From the NCBI RefSeq assembly GCF_009914755.1, contig NC_060930.1: a DNA stretch of 64,000 bases, one strand, 5' to 3'. The DNA is from the human T2T-CHM13v2.0 reference genome, Homo sapiens. Shown one piece after another: positions 26,193 through 38,899 of the stretch. Position numbers and translations under genes: made by a program. The first letter of the stretch is position 1. Each line of letters opens with the position of its first letter. The notes below the pieces were generated by a model. That model ran no database searches, was not told the DNA's origin, and worked only from the letters and a program-made list of their open reading frames with translations.

Positions 26193-26636
26193 ATGGAGAC
26201 CTCATCAATGCTTTCCTCATTGAATGATGAGTGTAAATCTGACAACTACATTGAGCCTCACTACAAGGAGTGGTATCGAGTAGCCATTGATATTCTGATT
26301 GAACACGGGTTAGAAGCATACCAAGAATTTCTTGTCCAGGAACGAGTTTCAGACTTTCTTGCTGAGGAAGAAATTAATTATATTTTGAAAAATGTCCAGA
26401 AAGTTGCACAAAGCACAGCACATGGTACTGATGATTCCTGTGATGATACCTTATCTTCAGGGACCTACTGGCCTGTTGAGTCTGATGTGGAAGCTCCAAA
26501 TCTTGACTTAGGCTGGCCATATGTGATGCCCGGACTCTTAGGGGGCACCCATATAGATCTCCTTTTTCATCCACCAAGAGCACATCTACTTACGATAAAA
26601 GAAACTATTCGGAAGATGATAAAAGAAGCAAGAAAG
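26193..26636 (+). CDS. FAM83B: FAM83B first coding exon, codons 1-148 (N-terminal part of the DUF1669/PLD-like CK1-binding domain); CDS continues beyond the window
   Basis: Translation [47 protein letters not shown]...[22 protein letters not shown]...[14 protein letters not shown] has FAM83 motifs (YxExxRxA, DFL, GTYWP, LDLGWP); strong Kozak AgcATGG; phase-0 donor AAG|GTAATA at 26637. Confidence 0.97.
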
Positions 26637-27382
26637 GTAATAACATTTCTATTTTGAAATGAAAAATTTGAAACATGTAGAAAAGTAGAGAGAGTAATAA
26701 CACAAATATGTATGTTAATAAAAGAATCTCTATATGTATAGGCCATGCCTATTATTTTTAGGAAAGTACCTATGGATACACAGGAAGGTTGTATTTCCTA
26801 TATCTTGCATATATCCAAGAGAGTGGCATTAGGTCTCTGCTAAAGAAAAGAGATTTCCTTTTCTTAATAATGTACTCAGGAGATCTCTTCTCCCAGAAGA
26901 CTGAGGTATGTTGACTAGGAATAAGATTACTCAACACTCATAATTTTAAAGCACCTAAATTTTTCTTCTTCTCTGAAAGGAAGTAGTTGGTGGATATGGT
27001 GAAGTTTTCTTTGTTTTTAACAGGACTGAATACCAATTCTTGCTCTGAATGTGCTTTATGCTATTAAATAAACCATATGTTTACTTATCTATTTTCCTGA
27101 GTTGTGTGGAAACAGTATAAAATCAACATAATAATGTAAAATTCTAAAGCAAGATTCTGAGATATTTAGCATTTTAAGGCTTTGGTGTTCTTTATCAAAT
27201 ATTTATATTGACTTATACATCTCACAGATCTTATTTTAGAACTTGGGTAAAACTGTAGGACTCTTTAATCAAGCAACAAAAGTTATTAAGAGTTTTGTAT
27301 CTACTCAGCACCATGGTGGGCACTTTGGAGACTACAAAAAAATTTGCCAAGCTCAATCTAGAGTTTTAAAATGTATGGGCAA

Positions 27383-27501
27383 GGCTGGGCGTGGTGGCTC
27401 ACACCTGTAATCCCAGCACTCTGGGAGGCTGAAGCAGGCGAATCACTTGAGGTCAGGAGTTTGAGACTACCCTGGCCAACATAGCAAAACCTCGTCTCTA
27501 C

Positions 27502-27545
<44 letters not shown>

Positions 27546-27721
27546 GCCGGATGTGGTGGCGAGTGCTTATAGTCCCAGCTAGTCAGGAGGCTAAGACACG
27601 AGAATTGCTTGAACCTGGGAGGTGGAGGTTGCAGTGAACTGAGATTGCGCCACTGCCCTCTAGCCTGGGTGACAGAGCGAGACCCTGTCTCACCAAAAAA
27701 AAAAAAAAAAAAAAAAAAAAA
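27383..27721 (+). mobile_element. AluSx-like element with (AAT)14 in the central linker
   Basis: Full dimer; degenerate TSD gtatgggcaa / gtataggcaa. Confidence 0.93.
27502..27545. repeat. (AAT)14 microsatellite
   Basis: Perfect repeat replacing the A5TACA6 linker. Confidence 0.97.
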
Positions 27722-28942
27722 GTATAGGCAAAAAGTTACAATTTTTAATTATAAAGTGTGCATTTTTTAGTTATGACTATGTGATACAAAAATTTAGATC
27801 TAAAAGGAACCTTAGGAAGCACACACGCATGACATTGCTTTCTTCTATGCCAATAAGACACAGAAATGGTTGCAAGAGCATGCTTTTATGAAGTACGTCA
27901 ATATAAGACCCTTGAATTCCTCAGTGACATGGCAGTTTGCAAGACAGGCAACTAAAAGGCTAACAATAATGTAGAGAGACACAGTGTTCTGAAGCTAATG
28001 TCAAATGCAAGCTTTGTAAAAATGAGGTAATTTTTTTCCCTAAACCTTTTGAGTTTAAATAACCTGTCTTTTCAGCTGTATTAATTCCTTTAACAGTATT
28101 ATATTAAATAAAGTACTAATCCATTCCAGTTGTTAAAAATTAGCTATAGAATCAGGCTCACTGTAAGTGACCAAACTTTTATTGAATGAATTGAACTGTC
28201 ATTCAGCTTTCTGAATTGAACCATGAATATTTTTTTAAACAGCGCTATCTTAGGCCTTGTGAACAAATTATACAATTGCATTTTGTAAGGCAACAGTACA
28301 AAATTTGAGGCTATATGTGAGTCTTTGTAATGGCAAAATAATAAATATCAAGTATTAATGTTTGCTGATTTTGTTTGGTGACATGATATGCTTTTGAAGC
28401 ACAATGTTAACAGGAAATTGAAATCCATTTTTGAAAATACATCAGTGAAGATGAAGATTCTTATTGTAGTAACTTAGTAATGCATTTATCACCCTGCGTG
28501 ATAGCTAGTTTCCTTTGGGACATTGCATTATTGTGATACAAAATGTTAATTCAGGAGATATCATAAGTTTTTGGGCTAGCACTCACTGGGAACCGAACAT
28601 TAGTCATGATCTTTTGATGTATTTTTCTTTCTAATGTGGCAGCTTTGTATTTAATGAGCCTCTAAAAGTAATATCTTCTACCCGGTCACTGTCCGTTGAG
28701 GACTCCCACTTGAATTAGCGAGCTGAAGAAATTGAAGTCCATACTGTAAAACAGTAATGTGATGTGTGCTTCTCTTTCATAAAATCAATGTGGCATACAA
28801 ATAAGAAAGACAATTGCATCTTTTTTCTACTTGTATAGCTATAGCTAAGTTGAATTTGAAAGAAGAGAATTATTTGATCTTGTAAACTGAGTATACTGCC
28901 AAATATAAATTATAACAGACGACTTCGATTTGGTGCACATGG

Positions 28943-29113
28943 TTTTTTTTTTTTAATTTTATTTATTTTATTTATTTTATTTTTTGTTTTTAACACAGAG
29001 ACAAGGTTTCCCTATGTTATCTAGGCTGGTCTCAAACTCCTGGATTCAAGTGATCCTCCTGCCTCAGGCTCCCAAAGTGCTGGGATTATAGGCATGAATC
29101 ACCACACCCAGCT
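28943..29113 (-). mobile_element. FLAM / AluJ left monomer
   Basis: Single monomer with a long T-rich tail. Confidence 0.85.
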
Positions 29114-31574
29114 GTTATTTTTTAAGGTGTTAGGGACTGTGCTAGTTTCTACCCAGATGCAATAAATATTGAAGTCAAATTGGTTATCTTTGCATGGAAT
29201 ATGTATTTCTCAATTATTTTGGAAGATTCTTTATATGTCGCCATATCTACTTAAAGATTTTTGAAGAATTAAGTAATCTGGGAAAAAAAGTTATTGACCC
29301 CATTTTTAAAAAATTAAGATTATTTAGCTTATAACTGGACATGGTCCTGTGAAGAATTTTTAAAAGAACAAATATGAAATAAAAGCTTACCAGAACACAT
29401 TGCTTTTTAAAGATTAAATGTGGTTTTCATGACTATCATTTACTCAACAGATGTCATGCTCTTATTATCTTTCAGAATCAATGGGAGCCTAATAGTCATC
29501 AGGATAAGCTTTCTGTTTTTGAATTTTTTTCAGAGGGTAATTTATCTTTATTGGTAACTCAGTGAATTGTCATGGCATTGTAAAGGGATGATCTTTTTTT
29601 TCATAAAGTATTTGGATAATGTATATTTTAATGGATAAAGTTTTTTTTTTTTTTTGCTTCTAAATATCTCAGGGAGAATCTTTTGGTAATAAACACTGTA
29701 AAACTCTACAGAGATATGAAGCCAAACCAGTAGGACTAGACACCGTCAAAACAGAACCCAGGAAAAGATCTCAGATAAGAATTTAAATCCATTTTCACTT
29801 TTGTGTTTGCAGTTGAGATAAGGTACTTGTGAAAATAATGCCATTTTATGGAAAAATCTTAAACTAATGAAAATAATATAAAAGTTATCTGCTTAAAGGC
29901 CCAAACATTTGAAGTCTGATTATAAGCACCAAGTTAACCTTCCAGTCTCTTATGAAAGGAATTAAAAATGATTCTCAATCTCAACTGTCTTTACTGGAAA
30001 GAGGTGAAACATTTTGTGTTTGTTTTTGAATTTCAGTAATTTATATGCTCTCATTTCTAGCTTAAGTTATATAGTTAAATGAGCTCTTGATCATTTTGCT
30101 TTTATAAGCAGAATGTGATCTTTATAGTATTTCAAAAATCTATACTTTTTTACTTATTAATTTTATTTTTGCTAATTATCACTTAGAAATTGATTAGATA
30201 TTTTTTGTTTATTTGTTTTGTTTTATTTCTTTCTTTTGTATGTTTGCTTATTTTGTTTGAGAACTTTCCTTTGGGAAAATTCAATTGTAGATAATATCTT
30301 ACTTGTGCCCTAAAGGGACATATTTTAATTTACTGATTCTTTTTTTGAAACCCTTTCTATTTTTCACTTTGTGATTGACATAATTACATTTAGGTCAGAC
30401 TTTACTTTGCAAAGTCTGATAGTGTCTAGCCAGACTTTTCCCAGGTAATTATTTGTCTGTCAAGAAGTGTTCCCAAGATGATATATGCACATATTCCTAA
30501 TTACTGTGAACTCCTCTTATGAAAACATCCCCTCTAATTACTTAAAAAAGTCTTCTTTCATTAAAGTTTTTTTTTCCTAGCCACTCAGTGGTACGTATTT
30601 ACAAAGTTATAACTTCTGAGAGTCTTGAATATCTGAATGTTTAACCACAATGTTATTTGCATCTCTGTTTCCTAATTCTAGGCTAGCTTTTTTTGTGAGA
30701 TGTGAATCTTACTCTTGTGAAATATGGGATCAAGACACATAAGCAAAAGTCTAGTGAGAATTAGGACAGAGTAATTCCTGATGCGCTCTATACCACATTA
30801 CCTGAGTTCAGGGCTTGGTTCTTTACTGAGTCACTTACTGAGTTCCTGGGTGTGTCTGTTATGGCCTTGGGAGGTATTAGTAATATAGAGAAATATTAAC
30901 CATCAGTTGGCCCCACAGATGCAAAGAGGAAGATGAACAGGTGATGGGGAATCTTCTTGGGAGTGAGCTGATATTATAAAAGTAGAACTAGAATAGAGAC
31001 TTTGTCACCAGGACTCTAACTAGCGTGGCATTAAACAAGTCATTGTACCTCCTCAAGTTTCTTCATTTATTTAGGAAAAGATATGAAGCAAAAATGTTTT
31101 CACATTTTTTAAATCTGGTGTTCCTATCCAAATCTCTAATACTGCTTACCAACTTAAGATTATTTTGATATGTTATATTCCTTGTTGAATTAGTTCGTGA
31201 TAGAAATGATTTTTATTGTGTCGTGATATGTTACTTTCATCCGCATCCCTTTGCAACCATGTCCTGCCCAGCTAAGTGTTATTTATATGTTTATCTGTGC
31301 CTTCATTAGACTAGAATGGTCTCTGTCCTGATGTTCCTAATTTTTATTAAGAATTTCCTCTCTACCCTATCCCTGTCCCAACTCTCACCGTGAATTTTGT
31401 CATTCTTTGAATTTGAGTCAAAATTGATTTCTTCTTGGAAATAATATTTTGCTTAGTCAAATTTAATGACATTACTATCCTGGGACATTAAGTTGAACAT
31501 TTCTTCTGTGAATAAAATGCATTACATGTTAATATATATTTATGTTTGAGTGTGTATGTTTGAGAGACAGGGCA

Positions 31575-31768
31575 TGAGAGGAGAAGGACGGAAAGAGAGA
31601 GGGAAGAAGAGACGGAGGGGAAGAGGGAAGGTGGAAGAAAGGGAGAGAAAAGAAGGTGGGGAAGAAGAGGTGGAGGGAAAGAGAGGGAAGAGGGAAGGTG
31701 GAAGAAAGGGAGAGAAAAGAAGGTGGGAAAGAGACAGGAGAGGAGGGAAGGAGAGAGAAAGAAAAAGA
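31575..31768. repeat. GA-rich polypurine tract with an internal 43-bp direct repeat
   Basis: gggaagagggaaggtggaagaaagggagagaaaagaaggtggg at 31618-31660 and 31685-31727. Confidence 0.9.
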
Positions 31769-32233
31769 TCTGGTTAAAATTGCACTGACTTCATCCTGCC
31801 AACAATTGCTGTGTCTGTATGGCAGTACTCTGTCTTTAACAAACTCGTGGTGCTATACAGAGAGACAACACATTCTATATCTATTTTATGTTTGTTGAAG
31901 CAAAAAATTAAAAAAGTATGAAAAAATGAAAATGAAATTGTTATATGAGACTTCCAACTTGGTTGCACACCAAAGTCGTCAGTAACTTAGAAATTTCAGA
32001 TGTTTTACTCTGCAGTGTATTATCAGGTAAAGTCTAAGGATCCTCAGTGACTTGTATTTTTAAGAGACTTTATTTAAAAATTGACAACTGAGAAAAGAAT
32101 TTAGCTTTAAAAAGAAAAAATACAGTTACTTATGGGTGTCAGTAAGTTTATCAGAGTCTTTGCATTGCTAATACTAACCAATACCTCTATTAATAGTTGG
32201 AAAGAAATAATTTAAAATGCAAGTTATTTAGGA

Positions 32234-32237
<4 letters not shown>

Positions 32238-32281
<44 letters not shown>
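32238..32281. repeat. (AT)22 microsatellite
   Basis: Perfect uninterrupted AT run. Confidence 0.97.
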
Positions 32282-32284
<3 letters not shown>

Positions 32285-32578
32285 TTTGTTTTTTTTTTTT
32301 TTGAGACAGAGTTTTGTTCTTTTGCCCAGGCTGGAGTGAAATGTCACAATCTCGGCTCACTGCAACCTCTGTCCCCCCAGGTTCAAGCGATTCTCCTGCC
32401 TCAGCCTCCCTAGTATCTGGGATTATAGGCACCCATCACCACGCCCGGCTCATTTTTGTATTTTCAGTAGAGACAGGGTTTCGTCATGTTGGCCAGGCTG
32501 GTCTCCTGACCTCAGGTGATCCACCCGCCTCAGCCTCTCAAATTGCTCGAATTACAGACATGAGCCACCGCACCCTGC
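32282..32578 (-). mobile_element. AluS (Sq/Sp-like) element
   Basis: Full dimer; TSD ggagtgcatata at 32231 and 32580. Confidence 0.92.
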
Positions 32579-33594
32579 TGGAGTGCATATAATTTATTTG
32601 ATTGGGAGAAATGTTTTTGAGACTATTTCCTTTAGTCAGCTATTACTCTTTAGTATTTTTAAATTCTCTCTCTCTCTCTTTAAATATATATATATAAAAT
32701 AAGCAGTGAGAAACAATTTTTGTAGGTACTGCACATGGTGTGTATAGTCCTCTGAGCTTTGAGGTAGTCTTACTGACTATGGTACAAAATGTAGTTCTAT
32801 ATATTTGGGGATCTCTGAAGTAGAATGTTTATTTTTTGTGATTGTTTATGTTTACTCATTCTTTCCTGTCTCTGGTTTAAAATAAAAACCAAACAGTTAC
32901 TTATTGAAATGTGTAATATTTTCTGATGATACACCTTTAGTAGTTTGTTGCAATGGCAAAGCTAATTGTCATCATAAAACCTTGTCATAAAATACTGAGA
33001 ATTCCTAATGCCTAAACACCTAAATTCCAGAGGGGTAGAAATTAGCAGTTTTACACACTCAGATGCCTTCAGGGCTAAGCCACAAAAATAACTGCAAAAA
33101 CTCTGCAAAGGAGAAAGGGCAGATGGTAGTCCAATAGGGAATGAAAGGAACATGGAAGAAGAGATAACTTGACCAGACTTAAGGCATTCTTTAGGCATTT
33201 GTTATAGAGGTGATAAGCTTAGGACCTTAGGTACACATTGAGGCATCTTATCAAAAGTTAACTTTCATGAAAATAAGGGGATATTACTTTACTTGTCTGT
33301 CCTCTCAATGAGATGTAAAAAGTCATGAAGGTTTGCCATGGGAGCCTTTTTGAGATGATGAGTGCTGACATTTTGACACACTGACATTTTGCATTTTAAG
33401 GATTCTGCCTGCTGTCTTATAGTTGCTACAGATCCATCATGTGGCATATATTTTTATATCAATTATTGATTTATTTAACTAGTCACTCTTCAAATTATCT
33501 TGTAAAAAGTTGGGCGACTTTTATCCTAAGGACTGGAACTCACATCTGATTTTGAGTAATGAATTTATATTATGCAATTTAGTAACAATATCAG

Positions 33595-33745
33595 GTAACA
33601 TGTATTGAGCACTTACATGTTAGGCACTGTGCTAAGCACTTTACATGCATTATCTTAAGTTGACCTTCATAGTAACCTTGTGAAGTGTGTCCTTTTATCC
33701 ACATTTTACTGATGAAAAATACTGCGTTCACGTGGTAGGTTGGTC
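33595..33745 (-). mobile_element. MIR element
   Basis: tattgagcacttac...ggcactgtgctaagcactttacatgcattatct...cattttactgatgaaaaa. Confidence 0.8.
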
Positions 33746-34179
33746 AGCGGTAATGAAGCAGAATGAAACCAAAATGCTCATAACTAGAAAGTGGTAAAGA
33801 TTACATATTCCTAATCGGAGGTGTTTGAAGACCTGGTTGAGAGGGTCTAAGATTGAGATCAGTGGGTGTAGATGTGGAAGCATTGATTTCTAAATGAGTC
33901 AGGTAAAAAGTATCATGTGGTTGTTATTAGAAGTCAGAAGTCACTCACCTGGAACTGACAAAAGTTAATGATAAGTAGATGAGGTGCTAGTACCCAGAAT
34001 GTAGACCAGGCCAGGAGGCACTGAAAGGAAATGCGTTTCTGAGTTCAAAGGTAAGGTAAATTTGAAGCAGGAAGAAAAGGAGAATCAGGTAATGAAGTTG
34101 TCCTTTGGCCTCTGCTGGGTTCAGCTATGAGGGAAATCAGTAAGTCTTTGGCCAACCTTATAGGTTAAAGGTATTGCAG

Positions 34180-35000
34180 GCCATTTATTCATTTAGCAGT
34201 TATTTTTTTAGTGCCAATGATGTATCAGATACTATTCTAAGTTCTGAGAATACATAGGTGATTAAAGTACCAAAGAAACCCTGCGTACCCTTGAATGAAG
34301 TTTACCTACAAATGGGGTTAATCAACTAATAAATAAGGAGTGCTAGCAGGAAGAAGCAAAACACAAATATGGTTGAGTAAAGGGAGCTGAGAGTGGTGGT
34401 GGAAGGTAGTTTGCAATTTTAAATAGGGTGCTCGGAGTAGGCCTTAACAAAGTGACATTTCAGCCAAGATTTGAGAAAAGAAGGAATAAGCCATGCATGT
34501 ATTTGTGGGCAGAACACAGGAGACATAGGGGAAGCTTTCTTGTTTTTTAGAAGAAGAGCAGAGACCAGTTGTTGGACCCGACAGCAAAGAGGAGATGAGT
34601 AGAAGATGCATCAGAGAGGAAACATGGAGGCTAGATCTTGGGGATCCCCACTGGCCATTTTAAGGAACTTGGCTATGATTCCTGTAAATCAGGAATCTAC
34701 AGGAGAATTTTGAGCAAAAGAGAGACATCAATTTTAAACCTGCTATATTTTAACAGTATACTTCTGGCTGTAATATTGAAAATTGACTGTAGGGGACTAA
34801 GAATGAGATATCAGATATTACTAAAATAATTCAGGTGTGGGGTGATGGTATCTTAGATGGTCAGGTGGTGGCAGCAATGGCTAGTTTTTAGGTATATTTT
34901 GAAGGTAGTGAAACATGGGATGTGAAATAGGTTGAACAACATAAGACGACTTCAACATTTTTTGCCTGAGCAGTTGGAGTGATGGTATTGTCATTTGAGG
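34180..35000 (-). mobile_element. L2 element
   Basis: Starts catttattcatttagcag...ctattctaagttctgagaatac; ggccattttaaggaacttggc; ttttgcctgagcagttggag. Confidence 0.8.
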
Positions 35001-35409
35001 TTGGTGTCAGAGGCCCCAAAGTTGGGATCAGGAAGCAGGCATAGAGACTGAGTTAAGGGGACTTTTAAGTTACAACTTCACCATAGCCTTTGGATGGTTG
35101 ATCCGTAACCCCAGTCACTGACATCTGGCAACACACATGTCTAAGTATCTCTAGATGAGGGTTCACATTGGAACCCAAATAGACTGACTTGGAGAACAGT
35201 CCTGACCCTGAGGACCTAGTTGTAAGTAACTTGGATAAGATTCAGATGCAAAGGAGTGGGTAAATACAGAATATGAGATAAGAACATGACGGATTAGATG
35301 CTGTCCCAGGACCTAATAAAACAGGAGATTATCTACCCTGCTGAGAAGCAGAACCTCCCAACACTTAGTCTTTTCAAACAAACTTTTACAGGCAATTATT
35401 TCGCAATTC

Positions 35410-35800
35410 CTTTATGCTGGGTCAGGTGAGTGGAAGAAGGAGAAACTGGGAAGGGGTCACGTAGGAGGTCCCTTTTTTTAACAGGCCATTTAGATGGATA
35501 GTTTTGATAAGTAGGAGATGTATGGTGGAGAGCTGGGCATTTTCAGACAGCGGGGGAGCGTGAGAGAAGTAGAGTAGGGTGGAAAAAAAGGAAAGCAGAG
35601 TTGTTGAGAGAGGTTGATTACGGCCAAATTGTGAAGGTCCTTTGATCAAACCTTGTGGAAGAGAATAGTGGGAAGTCATGAGATGTTTTTTAGTGACAGT
35701 GATGTTGTGAAATCTGATTTTGGACATAATAATATTGTGTTTTGGTTAGTTAACACATACAGAAGAATGTAAGACAGGTTGTAACAGGCATTGGGATAAT
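35410..35800 (-). mobile_element. L2 fragment
   Basis: gggcattttcagacag; ggccaaattgtgaaggtcctttg; gtgatgttgtgaaatctgatttt. Confidence 0.55.
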
Positions 35801-36401
35801 GGTCAGCAACAAGCTGACAATAGGCTGAAGCTGACGTCCAATAGCAAACAAAATGTCTTTTCAAGGGGAAAATATATCTTCAATTTCCTACTAGAATAGA
35901 ATGTAAATGTAACTACTTAATTCTGTATCTTAAGGAAAGTCCTTTTTTGTTTTAAAGCTATTTTTAAGATGTCTTAATCATCTGATTTTAAGCTAATAAA
36001 ATTTATTTCTGTACAAAAAAAGTTTTAACAATCTACATATAGTTTAAGTCTACCTATGCTTATTGAGTCCCAGCTATGTGCAAGGCACTCTGCTAATTCA
36101 TACAGATAGGGGGAAAAGCCCACTTCAAGTTATTTAAAGTCTAATATTTGAGGGATATGGTAAAAGATTCATAGGAAATATATAGGTAAAATCATGTGTG
36201 CTTATGGGCATCACCCGAATGATCTCTGTGTTATATGGGATCTGGATTTTTTTCCACCTGTTTACTCTTTAAGTATCAGGATTATAGAGACAATTATTGA
36301 AATTTTAAAGTAGCAAAAATATGATACAGATAAAATACCTCCAAAATATTTATTAGCAAATATGTTTTACTAATGCGACAAATGTATATATAGAAGGTTT
36401 C

Positions 36402-36705
36402 TTTTTTTTTTTTTTTTTTTTTTTTGAGACGGAGTCTCGCTTTGTTGCCCAGCCTGGAGTGCAGTGGCATGATCTCGGCTCACTGCCACCTCTGCCTCTC
36501 AGGTTCAAGTGATTCTCCTGCCTCAGCCTCCTGAGTAGCTGGGATTACAGGTGTGCGCCACCATGCCTTGCTAATTTTTGTATTTTTAATAGAGACAGGG
36601 TTTCACCATGTTGGTCAGGCTGATCTCAAACTCCTGACCTCGTGATCTGTCCGCCTCGGCCTCCCCAGGTGCTGGGATTAAAGGTGTGAGCCACTGCGCC
36701 CAGTC
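36402..36705 (-). mobile_element. AluS (Sg/Sc-like) element
   Basis: Full dimer with T tail; TSD gaaggttt at 36393 and 36706. Confidence 0.93.
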
Positions 36706-37718
36706 GAAGGTTTATTTTTTATTATTAGGGTACATACATTCCTTATAGTCAATATGGAAAAATTCAAGAAAGGGTTAAGAAAAGGCAATCATAATCTCCC
36801 AGTAGAGATAATCACTGCTATTGATGTTAGAAATTTTCTTACCTATTAAATAAATAGAGACATACATGTATACACAAGTGAATGTGTATGTGTTTTGATA
36901 TCTTATATAAATCCCTGAAATAGAAGATTCAGATGTGTTATATTTGAGATCATATGATGTATAATATTTTTAAAGTTGCCTCCTGTCTTTTTTCACTTAG
37001 GATTTTTCTTACAATAAAATAATTGGTTTCTTGTACTGAAATGCAATGGCATAACAAAATAGGGGACAGTGGGAGCTGCTGTGTCTCCCACAGAATTTAA
37101 AAACACTAAGATTGACTAGATGGCAGTCTGCTTTTGAGAGCATGTGCTGACAATTGTAAATAATATTAGTGATAATATACTCCTTCATTACTGCCACCTC
37201 CACCCATTTCTTACTCATCCCTCTACCTCTTAGCATACCAGTGCTGATATGGTGAGAGTCTCATGGTAATATTCCTTCAGAAATGAAGAAAGCCTCATAA
37301 CTGTTTCTGTGTAATCATCGGTAAGAAAAATTGGTAACTGTACATTTTCTTTTGAAAATGAGAACTTTCCTTTGGGCTGTATTAATTTCATATTAATAAT
37401 CACATTTTGAATTTTTTTCTTCCTTGAACTCAAACACAGGCAATAAATAAACATGAAAGGGAAAACATTGTCATTTGGCTAAATATCAATCCAATATACG
37501 CTGCTGAAAAAAATCTATAATCATAAAAAAAACTGAGTCATAGTAGTCATATTTCAACCTGCTGAATTCTGGAGCAGTTACTGAAAAAAAAATAAAATCT
37601 GAGGTTTGTGATCATGTAGTCTTTTTACAATTGGGCAATGAGAAATTGAGAAAGTCCAAAGTCACCCATTTGGTGACCATAAGGACTGACAGCACTCAGG
37701 CATCTGGGCTTCTATTCT

Positions 37719-38175
37719 TTTTTATTTATTTATTTTTATTATTTTACTTTAAGTTCTAGGGACTTGTGCACAACGTGCAGGTTTGTTACATATGTATACA
37801 TGTGCCATGTTGGTGTGCTGCACCCGTTAACTGGTCATTTACATTAGGCATATCTCCTAATGCTATCCCTCCCCCTTCCCCCTGCCGCACGGCAGGCCCC
37901 AGTGTGTGATGTTCCCCACCCTGTGTCCCTGTGTTCTCATTGTTCAATTCCCACCTATGAGTGAGAACATGCGGTGTCTGGTTTTCTGTCCTTGTGATAG
38001 TTTGCTGAGAATGATGGTTTCCAGCTTCATCCATGTCCCTGCAAAGGACATGTGAACTCATCCTTTTTTATGGCTGCATAGTATTCCATGGTGTATATGT
38101 GCCACATTTTCTTAATCCAGTCTATCACTGTTGGACATTTGGGTTGGTTCCAAGTCTTTGCTATTGTGCATAGTG
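37719..38175 (-). mobile_element. 5'-truncated primate L1PA (PA4-6-like) 3' end
   Basis: L1 3' UTR text (ttgttacatatgtatacatgtgccatgttgg...); TSD gcatctggrcttctattct at 37700-37718 and 38175-38193. Confidence 0.93.
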
Positions 38176-38259
38176 CATCTGGACTTCTATTCTATGATTA
38201 TTGTATCATGTTGCTTCTCTAGTGGGTAGGAGAAATACATTTGTTAATGACACCAGTAA

Positions 38260-38470
38260 CAGCTAATGTTTAATGCTATGTGCCAGGCAGTGTTTGAAGC
38301 ATTTTATATATACTGATGTATTAACACATTTATCTTCACAACAGTTCTCTAACGTAGATACCTTTATTGCCCTTTTTTTAGAGGTGAGGAATAAAAAAAT
38401 AATTTTTTCTAGGCTTCAGAAGTAGAAAATGACAGGTCTGGTATTTGAGCCTGGGTCATGGGCTCAGACA
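38260..38470 (-). mobile_element. MIR element
   Basis: ctatgtgccaggcagtg...tcttcacaacagttct...tagaggtgagga...atttgagcctggg. Confidence 0.7.
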
Positions 38471-38899
38471 GACCCTGCTTGGGCTTACCATTATGGTGTA
38501 TTACCTCTGATAGACCACTCCAGGCAGGCTCCATGCAAACCAGCTGAACATTCACAACCATGCTTTTGTTCCAGTATTATTGCATTTGATTCCTGGTTAT
38601 CTGCCACATGGACTCCAACTCATAAGCATGGAGTATATGATGAGGCTTTGTGCTTTATCTCCTGCCTCCCTCAATTACTTCCACTCCAGGGCTACTGGAC
38701 CTGTTCTGGGCCTTCCACTGCAGAAGTATTCCTTCCTGCTTTTGTTCATGATTATTTACCTACTTGGAGCATTCTTTCCCAACTTTTTGCCTCCAATTCA
38801 TCTTTTAAAATCCATGTTAAATTATACTTGTTTGGGAAAGCTTTGTTTGATTCCCTTACCAGACTTCAGTTAGTCATCCTCTATATTATTGTCACTTTA

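Noticed and set aside
26637-26657. ORF-track extension VITFLF of FAM83B
   Set aside because: Lies past the splice donor at 26637 and is intronic in the normal transcript; considered only as a possible truncation isoform
28400-28800. Repeat-free stretch that might be a conserved element or exon
   Set aside because: No ORF, FAM83 similarity or paired splice sites; conservation cannot be judged without alignments
31550-31898. E/R/G/K-rich ORFs
   Set aside because: Translation of the GA-rich low-complexity tract
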